A stretch of 64,000 bases of DNA from contig NC_092673.1 in the NCBI RefSeq assembly GCF_964355755.1, forward strand, positions 2,480,001-2,544,000, written 5' to 3'. Numbering within the stretch: the first letter of the stretch is position 1; each line of letters begins with the position of its first letter. The notes under the pieces are model-generated. The model had not been told where the DNA came from. It saw nothing but the letters and a program-made list of their open reading frames with translations, and ran no database searches. Below, piece by piece: positions 63,261 through 64,000 of this stretch. This DNA comes from Antedon mediterranea (taxonomy: Eukaryota > Animalia > Echinodermata). A program made the position numbers and the translations under genes.

Positions 63261-64000
63261 TCAATCCTGCGATAGGCCTATTGTTAGTTTTTTTTCGATT
63301 TAAATATTATTTAAATCTTCTGCCTATCTATTTTATGTAGTCTTTGTAACTTTTGTTTTGTTTTACATTATTGAATAAATGCGAATGACGTTATATCATG
63401 AACATTTGCATTGCCATATATCTAACGAGAGGCACACCAATTACCTGTCGTAATTACGGCCTTATCGGCAAAATATTGTTGCTTAACCGTAAATGGATTT
63501 TAATCCCCAGAGTTCGTTGTCGGCTTGGTATATACGATTTACCTTTGAGACGAGTTATACTTTATGTTGTCTCTTTGATGACTGCTGGCCGCTTTTTTTA
63601 AATGCCTACTCAACTTTTAATGAAATGTGCTCATCTTGACTGACGTGACTTTTCTTCATTTTCAAGGATGACTAAAAGTAAATGAGAGTACTCTATCTGC
63701 ACACACCAGTATTAATGACGAGTTAAAGAGAAATAATGAGCAAGTTTTAATTGCACTTAGAAATTATCGAAGTTTATTTTATTTTAACAAATTATCTGCC
63801 AATTTCATCATCACTACGCACGATATAGGCGAAGAGCGAAATGTATAGAGGGCGCTATTGCTGTAAATATAAATCTCGTAATACATTTTATTTACAACAT
63901 ATTTAGTATAACATTTCCAAATAATTATATTTACTTAATAATTAATTATACAAAAAAAATGTAAGACTGGGGTTTAAATATCGAATGTCCAGAGGGCGAC

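Overview
AT-rich eukaryotic (metazoan, probably marine invertebrate; taxon is inference only) genomic DNA with spliced genes. The six-frame ORF track is mostly noise or exon fragments. By following GT-AG boundaries and reading phase I could assemble four protein-coding genes: BBIP1 (+, single coding exon), a tandem pair of five-exon HPDL paralogues (-), and an ADGRA2/3-like (GPR124/GPR125) adhesion GPCR (-) with 18 coding exons across ~42 kb. Introns and intergenic DNA are packed with non-autonomous transposons (Ginger-like, Kolobok-like, Helentron/HINE, Tc1/pogo-like, P-like, hAT-like with 5-bp TSDs, MULE/foldback-like), at least 15 copies of one ~150-bp MITE, tRNA-derived SINEs and minisatellites. 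The most unusual signals are (i) pervasive TACAGTA/TACTGTA insertions, shown by comparing repeat copies, that look like mass transposon-excision footprints, plus a second TAGGCCTA/TAGCCTA class clustered at likely gene 5' ends, (ii) the asymmetric HPDL duplicates, and (iii) an ADGRA with a canonical H-M-T GPS cleavage triad. I see no CRISPR, rRNA, true tRNA or autonomous transposase, and I cannot claim a wholly new multi-gene system.
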